From assembly GCA_963815095.1 (NCBI GenBank), contig CAWFFH010000003.1:128001-192000 (forward strand): a DNA stretch of 64,000 bases, in the 5' to 3' direction. The DNA comes from Candidatus Bathyarchaeota archaeon (GTDB lineage Archaea; Thermoproteota; Bathyarchaeia; Bathyarchaeales; Bathycorpusculaceae). Below are positions 1 through 9,994 of the stretch, piece by piece (within the stretch, counting starts at the first letter, position 1; the number at the start of each line of letters is the position of its first letter). The translations under genes and the position numbers were made by a program. Under the pieces are notes generated by a model. That model was not told where the DNA came from. It made no database searches and saw only the letters and a list, made by a program, of their open reading frames with translations.

Positions 1-478
1 CTTCGATGTTTAGGGCGGTTCCTTGGATGTTGGCGGCTATTTGGATTGCGCCGTCTTCTGTTATCCATTTTAGGGTTATGCCTTGGTTGTTTTCTGATAT
101 GCCTAGCCAGCGGAGCATGCCGAACCATTTGCCTTTAAGCAACAAAATCAGCTGTTGCGTCATCAGGTCTGAGGGTAGGAATGTCTGAATAAGGGTTGTC
201 GTGGGAGTTTCTTTGTGTGGTTGGTGGAGTTTTAGCTCGGTTATTTTCGGGGTTACTTGGTAGCCTTCATGTACTTTCTTCACGATTCCTTCTTGTTCTA
301 GTCGGTTTAGGATGCGTGAGAGGGTTTCTGAGTGCAATCCTGTTCTTCTTTTGAGCCCATCGAATGTGAAGGTGGCTAATTCCTCGGTTTCTATTAGCGC
401 CAACACGTCAGCGTCGCGTCCGCTAAGACTGTAGTCGGCGTCGGGGCTTTGCCAATTAACATTCAGAACAGGTATCAT
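1..478 (-). CDS. winged-helix DNA-binding domain protein (partial; runs off window start)
   Basis: Manual translation from ATG at 478: MIPVLNVNWQ...FTFDGLKRRTGLHSETLSRILNRLEQEGIVKKVHEGYQVT... (HTH plus wing). Open to position 1; absent from the ORF track. Confidence 0.75.
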   Translation of the reverse strand, partial: MIPVLNVNWQSPDADYSLSGRDADVLALIETEELATFTFDGLKRRTGLHSETLSRILNRLEQEGIVKKVHEGYQVTPKITELKLHQPHKETPTTTLIQTFLPSDLMTQQLILLLKGKWFGMLRWLGISENNQGITLKWITEDGAIQIAANIQGTALNIE

Positions 479-1662
479 TGATCAATGGAGTGTTGAAATG
501 TTGCTTTTGAAGGTTACTCATCGATAATGCTAAAACGACGTTAGGTTAGTTGTAGGTAATTTGTGCAATTTTAACGAGTTAACCTGTTTCCTTTCAACCC
601 TGTTTTCGCTCTAATCGTGTTTTTCTTTCTTTTTGTGGATGTATTGGCTTAGAATTGCATATTACACTTTGGGGTTTGGTTTTGTTTGGTTTTTTGGTTT
701 AGGCTTTTTTTTGCGTTGGGATTGGGGCGGGCGGTTTTTGGGTTTTTGTGTGCGACAAAAAGTTGTGTTTTGATGTGTGAAGTGTTATGTTTTGTTTGGT
801 GAAATATGGCGGAATGTTCCAATTTAAGATGGATATGTATGTTGTAAATGGGGTTTTGGTGTGGGGGATATGGCTGGTTTGGATCGGTTTTTGGTAAAGC
901 GGTTGTGTTTGGGGTTTTTTCGGTTCCATATTTTGTCGTTTTTTGGCGTGTTTTGCCCTGTTTTGGATGGGTTTTGTCGTGTCTGGGAGAATTTTTGATT
1001 TAAAATAGCACATTAACCTTAAGCGTTGGGCTGAGTATAAGCGCATAGATAAGTATGTTAAGAGTTTGAAGCAGACCAAGTGTGAGAGAGATAGGCATTT
1101 GAGGGTTTTGGAGTTGAGGTTTGCAGGTAGAGGGGTTGGGTTGTTTATACTGTTAAGCTGGATTGTATGTTGGGCTGTGTGGGTGTAGTGTGGGGCATGT
1201 TGGATGTATGGTTGGAGTTAACGTTTGTGGTTTGAGCGATTTGTTTTCTGGCAGAGGTAGATGAAGTATGTTGTCGTAAATACTGTTAAGGTCATTTTTA
1301 AGTGAGAGAAGGTATGGGTTTATTTCGATTGCTTTATTAACCAAATTCAAAAAACCATACTGAACAGTTAAAGAGATTGCTCAGCGAATCTATCGTTCAA
1401 CCAACATGGGCAAACATGCGGGGATCAAGAGTAGGAGAAAAATTTTCTTGGCTTGTCAAACGTTGATTCGCCGAGCTTTCCATGGCTTTGCTATCTCGGC
1501 AATCCATACAAAGAACGTAAAGGTCCTTAAAAGTTTCACAAATAATCTATAAACTAAAAAGAAAAATATATACAATAAATATATTTTTTTCAGTGTGTTA
1601 ATCTGGCATTTGTTGAAAGAACAGAGGGTTCGAAGAAAAGGTCAAGTAAAAAATGCAGGTTT

Positions 1663-2574
1663 TCAGCTTTCAGTTATGCCTCTTTCTTTTAGCCATTCTT
1701 TTATTTTTTCGTTGATTTTGTCTCGTATTTCTCGAAATTTGGCTAATTTTTCTTCTTCCGTTCCTTGAAAGGCTGCTGGGTCTTCAAACGGCCAGTACAA
1801 CCTTGTTGACACGCCGGGTATAGTGGGGCACGTCTCTTCTGCTTTTACACAAACCGTTATAACGATTCCGAAGTGTACCTTTCCAAGGTATTGCGATAGG
1901 AGCTTTGTCTGCTGACCACTTAAGTCATATCCCAACTCACTCATAACCTTGAACGTGTAGGGGTGAATGGGTCGCGACTCAAAACCTGCACTGTAAACCT
2001 CAAAACAATCGCCCGCGTATTTCCTTAGAAAGGCTTCTGCCATTTGGCTCCGTGCCGAATTTCCTGTGCATAGAAAAACTACCTTGGTCTTTTGAGGTGC
2101 CTGCTCGCTGAGATAACTGAACTTCTCAACTATCCACTTTTTCATTTCATCCCTTGCACGTCGGAAGGCCTGAAGTTTTTCTTCTTCAGTTCCTTGAACT
2201 TCAGATGGGTCTTCGAAAGGATGGTCCAAATAATCTTTTGCTTTAGGCAGTCTTGAGCGAATTAATTCTGGTCTGCCCATAACTATTGGTGAAGCGCAAA
2301 TGGCACAGTCTATTTTTGAGCCGCTGCGGCAAACTGATACAGCTAAGTCGATGTCGACATCTTTGAAAATGTCAAGGTTCTTAGAATATTGACCAGAAAT
2401 ATCTATTCCTATCTCATCCATAACCTTAATTGCTAATGGATTTACCTGTGTGGGATTAGTTCCGGCACCAAAAACCTCATACTCATCACCGTAAAGAAAT
2501 CTAAGTAGCCCCTCAGCAATCTGAGATCGAGCTGAATTGTGAGTGCACAAAAACAAAACTTTAGTTTTAACCAT
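1663..2574 (-). CDS. arsC: arsenate reductase ArsC (LMW-PTP fold) with two tandem catalytic domains
   Basis: Two P-loop motifs, CTHNSARSQ and CTGNSARSQ, each followed by a FEDP motif; lies in an ars cluster. Confidence 0.9.
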   Translation of the reverse strand: MVKTKVLFLCTHNSARSQIAEGLLRFLYGDEYEVFGAGTNPTQVNPLAIKVMDEIGIDISGQYSKNLDIFKDVDIDLAVSVCRSGSKIDCAICASPIVMGRPELIRSRLPKAKDYLDHPFEDPSEVQGTEEEKLQAFRRARDEMKKWIVEKFSYLSEQAPQKTKVVFLCTGNSARSQMAEAFLRKYAGDCFEVYSAGFESRPIHPYTFKVMSELGYDLSGQQTKLLSQYLGKVHFGIVITVCVKAEETCPTIPGVSTRLYWPFEDPAAFQGTEEEKLAKFREIRDKINEKIKEWLKERGITES

Positions 2575-2642
2575 TAAGACTCATCCCAACATAATTCTTT
2601 TTGAACCATAAAAATATCATCAATATATTCTACATAGTTGTT

Positions 2643-2990
2643 TCAAACTTCAAGTTGTCCAAAAAGAAAATACTTCCAAGTTCTCTTTTCAAATTGCTTT
2701 TTCAGAAATGCCTTAACCTCGTCCTCGTCCAAGTTCAGAATTCCATTCTTGTCTTTACGTAAAGGTATACCAGTTTCTCTTAATGGTTCACCCTTTGGAA
2801 AATCAAAAAACATAAAATAACGCTTATCATGCAACATCATAATTCTCAGAGTTGAAAGTTCTCGATTTGGAGAGAGGCCATTTTGCTCAAGAATAAAAGT
2901 TATTGACAGCGGTTTCTTTTCCCTAACTAGTCGTTTGTATTCTTCCCAATCTCTTATTCTTACATGACCTTCATCCATCTGATTCGCCAT
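2643..2990 (-). CDS. hypothetical protein in ars operon
   Basis: Track ORF 2643..3029. The more likely start is MANQMD at 2990, directly after the small ORF ending at 3002. Confidence 0.65.
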   Translation of the reverse strand: MANQMDEGHVRIRDWEEYKRLVREKKPLSITFILEQNGLSPNRELSTLRIMMLHDKRYFMFFDFPKGEPLRETGIPLRKDKNGILNLDEDEVKAFLKKQFEKRTWKYFLFGQLEV

Positions 2991-3001
2991 CAAAAGTAAA
3001 C

Positions 3002-3181
3002 TTAACCCTCGCCACAGGCAACACCGCAATCCATTGAGTTCACGTATTTTTCAGCGTCTTCCTTGTTCTTGAAAGGGCCATAAATAATTTCGTATTGAGG
3101 GTGCGTTTCTTTGCTGGGCTCTATTTCGCTCTCAAATATGGCAGGTTTAAATTTTTCTTTTAATCCAACGTACAGCTTCAT
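3002..3181 (-). CDS. 59-aa small protein with C-terminal CGVAC motif
   Basis: Manual translation MKLYVGLKEKFKPAIFESEIEPSKETHPQYEIIYGPFKNKEDAEKYVNSMDCGVACGEG*. Fills the gap between arsC and the next ORF with 5- and 11-nt spacers. Confidence 0.7.
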   Translation of the reverse strand: MKLYVGLKEKFKPAIFESEIEPSKETHPQYEIIYGPFKNKEDAEKYVNSMDCGVACGEG

Positions 3182-3186
3182 GATTG

Positions 3187-3588
3187 TTACTCTTTGAGTT
3201 CTGTAATTAATGCTCGAACTTGGGCCTCGATTTGGTCTCTGATTTCTCGAACTTTCTCTATTGGCTTTCCTTTTGGGTCTTCAAGGTGCCATTCGATTGT
3301 TGGTTTAAAGAAGGGTCCAGGGCAGACTTCTTGGTCGTTGCAGCCCATTGTTACAACCAGGTCTGCCTCGTTTGCCATTTTTGCGGTTATCAGTTTTGGT
3401 TTATTCATTGAGATGTCGATGCCTTTTTCCTTCAAGACTTCTGCTACTACAGGGTTAACTTTTTCTGCTGGCTTGTTGCCGGCACTGGACGCGATTACTT
3501 TTTCGTTTCCGTATTTGGTGGCGAAAGCCTCTGCCATTTGGCTTCTACCCGCGTTCTCCACACAGACGAACAGTATTTTTTTCATCAT
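3187..3588 (-). CDS. arsC: arsenate reductase ArsC (thioredoxin-type, LMW-PTP fold)
   Basis: [13 protein letters not shown]-loop, TMGC...CP resolving Cys pair, LEDP; overlaps the acr3 stop. Confidence 0.92.
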   Translation of the reverse strand: MMKKILFVCVENAGRSQMAEAFATKYGNEKVIASSAGNKPAEKVNPVVAEVLKEKGIDISMNKPKLITAKMANEADLVVTMGCNDQEVCPGPFFKPTIEWHLEDPKGKPIEKVREIRDQIEAQVRALITELKE

Positions 3589-4670
3589 TCATTCTCCTTG
3601 CCTTTGAAATACTTCTTTCTTATCCAAAATGCGACGTTTACCAAGCTTATCATGACAGGTACTTCTATTAGCGGTCCGATAACTGCTGCGAAAGCGACTT
3701 GTGAAGCTAATCCAAAAACCGCGACTGCAACAGCAATGGCTAATTCAAAATTGTTGCTTGCTGCAGTGAAGGAAAGCGCAGTTGTTCTTTTGTAACCCAG
3801 TTTTGAATAGTACCCTATTGTAAATGCTACAGCAAACATTACTACAAAGTATACTAGGAGTGGGATGGCAACTCGGACAACATCCAAAGGTAAATTTACG
3901 ATGTACTGGCCTTTGAGTGAAAACATAACAACGATTGTGAATAGCAATGCAATGAGCGACATGTGGCTTAATCTGTGCATAAATTTGTGGTCATACCATT
4001 CTTTGCATTTCTTTCTTAGGAAGTAGTATCGGGTAATAACCCCGCCGACGAACGGGATGCCTAAGTAAATTGCAACTGATTCTGCGACTTGAATTAGGGA
4101 AATATTTACGACTTGTCCGGAGCCTCCCGAAATCCAGGAGCTGGCGATGGTTATGTAAAAGTACGCGAGAACTGAATACATTACAATCTGGAAAATAGAG
4201 TTAATTGCAACTAGTATGGCGGTCCATTCGTTGTCGCCCTCTGCAAGATTATTCCACACTATAACCATGGCGATACATCTTGCGATGCCGATCAGGATGA
4301 TGCCGTCTCTGAGTTCAGGATATCCCCCAAGGAACACCCAGGCCAGTACAAACATCAGTAATGGTCCAATTACCCAGTTAAGAATGAGCGACTCCGTGAG
4401 CATAATCTTTGCGCCTTTGGAGGTTACCACTTTTCCTAAGTCTTCATAGCGAACTCTTGCAAGTGGAGGATACATCATTAAAATCAAGCCTATGGCGATG
4501 GGGATTGAGGTTGTTCCAATACTCAATGCGCCTATGTCGGTGGATATTCTTGGATAGATGTAGCCTATTGTGATGCCTATTGCCATTGCCAAGAATATCC
4601 AGACTGTGAGAAATTTGCTTAGCCACGAAAGGTGGGGTTTAGGCTTGTTGGCTGTGGAAGGTACGCACAT
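3585..4670 (-). CDS. acr3: ACR3-family arsenite efflux transporter
   Basis: [30 protein letters not shown] and GPLIEVP motifs; about 10 TM segments. Confidence 0.96.
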   Translation of the reverse strand: MCVPSTANKPKPHLSWLSKFLTVWIFLAMAIGITIGYIYPRISTDIGALSIGTTSIPIAIGLILMMYPPLARVRYEDLGKVVTSKGAKIMLTESLILNWVIGPLLMFVLAWVFLGGYPELRDGIILIGIARCIAMVIVWNNLAEGDNEWTAILVAINSIFQIVMYSVLAYFYITIASSWISGGSGQVVNISLIQVAESVAIYLGIPFVGGVITRYYFLRKKCKEWYDHKFMHRLSHMSLIALLFTIVVMFSLKGQYIVNLPLDVVRVAIPLLVYFVVMFAVAFTIGYYSKLGYKRTTALSFTAASNNFELAIAVAVAVFGLASQVAFAAVIGPLIEVPVMISLVNVAFWIRKKYFKGKENE

Positions 4671-4822
4671 ATTGTTTACCAGTTTTCTTGCTCGTTACTT
4701 CAAAGTTGAAGGGGTGCCTTTTGCTTTCTAGCATTGATTTTGAACACCATTGTGGGGTAATCAAGGGGTCTTGTTTTTTTGTCGTTTCCTAAAACCTTTT
4801 GCATAAAAAGCAAACTATACAT

Positions 4823-4842
4823 AACAATATTTAAATATTGTT
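4823..4842. promoter_or_regulatory. perfect 20-bp palindrome, probable ArsR operator overlapping a TATA box
   Basis: AACAATATTTAAATATTGTT between divergent acr3 and arsR; the centre TTTAAATA is TATA-like. Confidence 0.7.
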
Positions 4843-4850
4843 GTGATTAA

Positions 4851-5189
4851 TTGTTAATTATGCCTTTACAACAAGAGAACAAAAACAGATTTAAATCAAA
4901 AATCTTTTACGCATTATCCGACACAATTAGACTTGATATTATAGAATTTTTACGAGATGGAGAAAAATGCGTTTGCGAAATTGTTCCCCAACTAAACTTA
5001 ATTCAACCACTTGTTTCACGCCATCTAAAAATTCTGAAAGAAACAGGGATAATTAGTTGCCGAAAAGATGGAACAAAAAGGATGTATTCAATTGTTGACC
5101 AAAAAATATTCACAATTATTGACAATATAACTCCTGAGTTTGCAGACGCTCTCAGAGTTGAGATTCTAAAACAAATAGTTTGCACATAA
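4851..5189 (+). CDS. arsR: ArsR/SmtB family metalloregulator
   Basis: ALSDTIRLDII...EKCVCEI...QPLVSRHLKILKE; CVC alpha3 As(III) site. Confidence 0.93.
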   Translation: MLIMPLQQENKNRFKSKIFYALSDTIRLDIIEFLRDGEKCVCEIVPQLNLIQPLVSRHLKILKETGIISCRKDGTKRMYSIVDQKIFTIIDNITPEFADALRVEILKQIVCT

Positions 5190-5220
5190 GGAAAAATAAT
5201 GAAAACATGAGGAGATATGT

Positions 5221-5979
5221 GTGAAAAATAAGAACGAAAATGTAAAAGGAGTCGTTAAAAAGGCATATTCGAAAATAGCTAGTGGCAACAACTCTTGTTG
5301 TTCCTGTGGCTGTACGGGTTCCGATACTCAAACAGCAAAAAGAATATCAAAGGAAATTGGCTATTCAGACGCCGAAATAAATGCTGTTCCAGAAGCAAAC
5401 TTAGGATTAGGCTGTGGAAACCCAACTGCCTTAGGAAAAATAAAAGAGGGCGATGTAGTGTTGGATTTGGGAAGCGGCGCAGGATTTGACTGTTTCTTAG
5501 CCTCAAAGAAAGTGGGCAAAACAGGTAAAGTCATAGGATTAGATATGACTGAAGAAATGGTAACTAAAGCAAGAAGTCTTGCAAAAAAACATCAATACTT
5601 GAATGTTGAATTCAAGCTTGGTGACATAGAAAAAATGCCCGTTGATAATGACTCAGTTGACGTAATAATTAGCAATTGTGTCATTAACTTAGCCCCCGAC
5701 AAGTTAAAGGTGTTCAAAGAAGCTTATCGTGTCCTTAAAATCGGGGGCAAAATGTACGTTTCCGACATCGTTCTTCTGGGTAAGCTTACTGAAGAGCAAT
5801 TAAATGATGAAGACTTGCTTTCGGGTTGTGTTGCAGGTGCTTTGCAGAAGGAAGATTATCTGAAAAAGATTGAGCTGGCAGGTTTTAAGGTAAACGTTAT
5901 CTCTGAAGACAAGGAAATAAGCAAGACCCAGTATAACGGGTTAGCTCTTGAGAGTCTCAAGATTGAAGCATTAAAGTAA
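5221..5979 (+). CDS. arsM: arsenite S-adenosylmethionine methyltransferase
   Basis: Cys-rich N-terminus (SCCSCGC), [29 protein letters not shown] and SGCVAGAL. Confidence 0.95.
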   Translation: MKNKNENVKGVVKKAYSKIASGNNSCCSCGCTGSDTQTAKRISKEIGYSDAEINAVPEANLGLGCGNPTALGKIKEGDVVLDLGSGAGFDCFLASKKVGKTGKVIGLDMTEEMVTKARSLAKKHQYLNVEFKLGDIEKMPVDNDSVDVIISNCVINLAPDKLKVFKEAYRVLKIGGKMYVSDIVLLGKLTEEQLNDEDLLSGCVAGALQKEDYLKKIELAGFKVNVISEDKEISKTQYNGLALESLKIEALK

Positions 5980-6423
5980 TTCCAGCCTTTATTTTTGTTA
6001 AAAATAATTTTGCCTCCTTTAAAGAAGGTAATTCCAAAAGGGATCCTTCTTTCGGTTAACTAAATTCAATTTAAGGAGAAGTAAAAAATTTTCTTCTGCA
6101 GAAAGATGCAATTATCTTCGAGGCTTCTGAAAGACAAGTCGCTCACCAGCTTCCATATTTTGGACAATAGCAGATATAGAATATGCTGGGTACCTAAGAG
6201 TTGTCTTCCTCATAAGAATAGGGGGAAATTGAAAAATGTCAAAATTTAATTAACTAAAGCCGCGTTCGGTATGATACAGAAAGGGATCACAGATAGAACA
6301 AAAAACCTTTGGATGAGGAGAGCCTTGACTAGGATATGGACTATCAGTTCTATATATTTTATTTTGAGAGCTTTTATTTGCAACTTATCGGTAATTAATT
6401 GATAATTTAGATAGTGATTCGTT

Positions 6424-6708
6424 ATGTTGAAAACTAAGCTTGAAATGTACGTTGGCGTTCTCAAGATTTTAGCTCAAAATGATTCCGTTAAAACCGGCAA
6501 TATTGAATATAGGCTCAACCTAAGCAACGACGAACTGAAAATATACTTAGGCTTTCTTTTGAAGCAAGGATTGGTTGATGAACAAAAACTAAGGAATACA
6601 AGAGTGGCTTACTTGATTACACAGCGAGGCATTGGAGTTATTAAATTCTTTAAGGAACTAAAACAAGAGCTTCCAATAACCAAGGAGATCAGCACTTCTT
6701 ACGGTTAA
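6424..6708 (+). CDS. archaeal winged-helix transcriptional regulator
   Basis: KLEMYVGVLKIL...LNLS...YLGFLLKQGLV...YLITQRG pattern of small archaeal wHTH proteins. Confidence 0.8.
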   Translation: MLKTKLEMYVGVLKILAQNDSVKTGNIEYRLNLSNDELKIYLGFLLKQGLVDEQKLRNTRVAYLITQRGIGVIKFFKELKQELPITKEISTSYG

Positions 6709-6920
6709 GCAGGCGTCATAAATCATTTCTTGAATATTAGTGGAACATGGAGCTATATGAATTTGTTAGTTGATTAATCGAAAAAGAAAATGTGGTTTTT
6801 TTGGCAAACCTTCGCTATGTGCCATTGATAGTGTATTAAGCCTTAAGTTTGGCTATATAGAATATGCTGAATAGCTCTAAAAACAGCGTTGCTTTCTAAG
6901 AACCCAAAAAAACGGAGAAT

Positions 6921-7067
6921 ATGATAATGTACAAAACCATAATTTTAGATTGCCAAAATACCGCAGTTGTTATTTCTTGCGATGATTGCATCGCGTATAA
7001 GAACTGTAAAATGTCTAAGAAAAATGACGAAGATTTTGTTATTTCAGCCATTGGTAGTTTGCAATAA
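6921..7067 (+). CDS. putative 48-aa Cys-rich microprotein
   Basis: GGAG immediately upstream; MIMYKTIILDCQNTAVVISCDDCIAYKNCKMSKK...LQ*; four Cys. Confidence 0.4.
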   Translation: MIMYKTIILDCQNTAVVISCDDCIAYKNCKMSKKNDEDFVISAIGSLQ

Positions 7068-7199
7068 GATTTCCCAGTAACATTGATTTTTCTTTTGTTT
7101 ATTTTTGTCGGTACTTGGCTGATTCTCAAAAAGACAAGTGAAAATAGTTAATCACAAACCTTTTATCGACATTGCCTAAACAAGAGCTAACAAGGGAGT

Positions 7200-7784
7200 T
7201 TGGAATTTATGACTGAGGAATCTGGAGTAGAAAGCGGTTCAGACTGGCAGAGATTCATAAGAAAACACTGGAGAATTGTTGCTGGGTTTGCAGTTGCGGG
7301 CATATTAGTATTCATCGGTGCTGTCTATGTTTTCTTGTGGTTCACAGCCGACGCTCAAACCACTGGTATAGTGCCTTCAACTTTAGGTCTTTGGTCAATG
7401 GCGAACGTCGTGTCGTTTGTTTTGCATTTGATTTTTTGGGAACTCGTGATAATAGGTATTCCAGCAGTCATTGGAGCTGTGGTTGGTTGGCAATGGTGGA
7501 AAAGACTTCCTGATGTGGAAAAGAGAGAATATCATTTATCCGGAAAACGCTCACGCTCCAGAAATGCAGGTGGAGCTGTTTCTCCTTTGCTATTCATTGC
7601 CTTCGCACTCAAGGTATACGTTGACGGAAACTGGAATGTGGCTATCTCAACTTACACTTTAGACTATGTTGTAGGATCAATGATTACAATACTAGTTTGG
7701 ATTGTTGCTATATTTGGGATTCCAGCAATTATTGGAATTATCTGGTGGTTAACCCGAGGAATGAAGAAGAAGCCACTATCTTAG
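7200..7784 (+). CDS. hypothetical membrane protein (about 4 TM)
   Basis: Hydrophobic helices, Trp-rich; no recognisable motif. Confidence 0.75.
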   Translation: MEFMTEESGVESGSDWQRFIRKHWRIVAGFAVAGILVFIGAVYVFLWFTADAQTTGIVPSTLGLWSMANVVSFVLHLIFWELVIIGIPAVIGAVVGWQWWKRLPDVEKREYHLSGKRSRSRNAGGAVSPLLFIAFALKVYVDGNWNVAISTYTLDYVVGSMITILVWIVAIFGIPAIIGIIWWLTRGMKKKPLS

Positions 7785-7917
7785 AAACCAGACCCATTAA
7801 TTAAAGCGAGTATAAACTCGTCTCTTTCTGTAAATTATAGATAATCTTCATAGACTATATCGATTCGCTTTATCTTGTCCTTTTACAATGTTGAGCTTGC
7901 AAAGCAAGTCCCTTTTG

Positions 7918-7980
7918 GGTCACTGGCAGGGAAACTCCTATCAACTCCTTCAATGAATCATCCACGCCCTGTCAGTGACC
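7918..7980 (+). ncRNA. candidate hairpin sRNA or structured element
   Basis: 14-bp stem GGTCACTGGCAGGG/CCCTGTCAGTGACC (one G-U on the + strand); the loop has AACTCCT twice. Confidence 0.35.
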
Positions 7981-8174
7981 AATTAGATTCATAGTCTGGA
8001 GATGATAAAATGATAAAACATAATACTCTAAAACCACGTTCAGTCTGTGATACAGAAAGAGACCGCAGACAAAACAAAGACCCTTTAAAAGCAGAAAATC
8101 TTGAATAGTTCACTATTTTTTAGGACAAAGTTAATTATAATTACAGGTAGATTGGCAAACGGAGAATTTGTGCA

Positions 8175-8387
8175 TTGGTGGTTTCGAGTAAACTCTTTGT
8201 TTGCCCAAAGTGTGGCAACCAGAATTTATCTATTTTTAGAAAAACATATGAGCAAATAATAATTGTTTTCTGTAGCAGTTGCAATTTTAAATCTTCGTTT
8301 GAACTTTCAATGGAAGCTTACTATGACACAAATAAGTCGTGGGAAGAGTTTTCGGCAAAATACAAACAAAGCACATGTCGTCAGTGA
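8175..8387 (+). CDS. Elf1-like zinc-ribbon protein
   Basis: FVCPKCG...VFCSSC followed by a short C-terminal helix, the layout of archaeal Elf1. Confidence 0.55.
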   Translation: MVVSSKLFVCPKCGNQNLSIFRKTYEQIIIVFCSSCNFKSSFELSMEAYYDTNKSWEEFSAKYKQSTCRQ

Positions 8388-8489
8388 TAATAGACAACAA
8401 AGAATTAGCCCTTCAAGTACAAAATAAATCTGCTCTTTGATTCTTTAAGTGGAAAAAAGGAGAGGTGGTGTTATTGGCTTGTTACACTA

Positions 8490-9994
8490 CTACACTATGC
8501 GGCAATCGCGAATTTGGGTATTGCCTTTAGTGTCCACGTAAACTCTGTAGGAGCCAACAGTATAGGTGCCTGCTGCATTGTTGTTAATGCTAAAAGTCTC
8601 CGTCAAGGGTCGTATTGAACCATCTGCAAGCTTTTGTGTAACGGTGATCGTGAGGTCATTCTTATTGCCATTAAGCTGTGTCACATGAGCCGATGGAGTA
8701 GCAACTATAGTTTTGTCGATTGTATAAGAGTCGATCACTTTGAGACTGTTGTCAGCGTTGACTTGATAGGTAGTGCAGGTGAAGGTGTTAACTGTCATGT
8801 CCACAATGCTGAACTCAGGGAGGTTTTCTTGGTGCATAACCGCTGTGTATGCATGCTGTTGGGCTAAGGTGTAGTATTTCTGTCCGCTCGCAGAGTTCAA
8901 ACTGAAATAGACAGTACCGGTCGGGTCAACAGAAGCGCCGTTAGCGTTGAAAGTCTCAGGCTGCATACCCATGTCGTTGGAGGTGGCGGGGCTACCAGAA
9001 TATTTCATAGGATAGGAACGGCTGTAGGAATGGTCATGTCCGTTGAATACGACGTCTATTCCGAACTCATCAATGACAGGAACATAGGCATCCCTGTAGG
9101 CTTTGCCGTCTGAGAGGGCGTGTGCGCTACCCTGGCCGTATACGTCAAAGTGGAAAGTAAGAATCCTCCAAGTTGCATCCGGATTGGCGTTAATCGCATT
9201 TTGCAAAAAGTTACTCATGCCGGCTTGGTCAACGAGGCCACCGTAGTTGACGTTCCATACCATAAACAGGGCGTCGCCGTATCTGTACCAATAATTCTGA
9301 TGACTGTCGGCGTTGGGGGGATTAAAGAAGTCAAAGTTTGCTATGCTTGAGCCTTCGTGGTTACCCATGCAGGTGGCTAGAGGCAAAGACGAGAAGGTTT
9401 GCTGTGGCGTGAAGAAGTAACTATACTGCGCATTTGCTGTACTAGTGGGGGAGTTGTTGTTGATGTTATCGCCAGTGCTGGCCATGAAAGCTAAATCTGT
9501 TTCTACTTTAAGAGCTAAGTTCAAAGTGTTGTTCCAACTGTTGCCGTATGCTTGAGACGAAACCTGTGGGTCGCCGAATACTAGATAGCTGAAAGATTCA
9601 GGATTGGTTATCTTAGTAGTGTAGTTTATAGTCCAGTCACCGTTCCCGTCGCCTAGCTGATAAGTGTAGGTGGTATTGGGTTCGAGTCCCGTTACGGTTA
9701 CTCTGTTATAGTATATTGTGCTAAAGGTTGATGGCAAGGCACTACATGTACCGGTGAACTCAATTGGTACATTATTTTGTATCCATATACGAACAATAGG
9801 GTTGTCCGAGGCTGTGGTGTGCCATGAAAAATTGAGCTGAGTCGCATCCGAGCCAGGAGACAGCGACAGATAGTTTACATTCAGAGTTGTTGCTGCAGTA
9901 GCAAACGGCAATGCAACCGCTATCATGCTAAAAAAAAGCATATAGTCAGTGTAATACATAACATTTTTTTAGTATTTTTTGTTTGTAGTTTCAT
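8490..9994 (-). CDS. secreted purple-acid-phosphatase-like metallophosphoesterase with FN3 domain; signal peptide interrupted by a frameshift
   Basis: GDPQ, TGDN, GNHE and GHDH motifs; FN3 segment TGLEPNTTYTYQLG. The track ORF starts at 9959, but the signal-peptide N-region is in another frame from ATG 9994. Confidence 0.85.

Noticed and set aside
814-835. GTTCCAATTTAAG as an ORB (replication origin) element
   Set aside because: A single weak match with no G-string, no clear repeats and no cdc6/orc1 gene in the window.
699-1350. Track ORFs 699..1079 and 1153..1350
   Set aside because: Their K/P/T/Q/H-rich composition simply reflects the reverse complement of the G/T-rich tract; no protein motifs.
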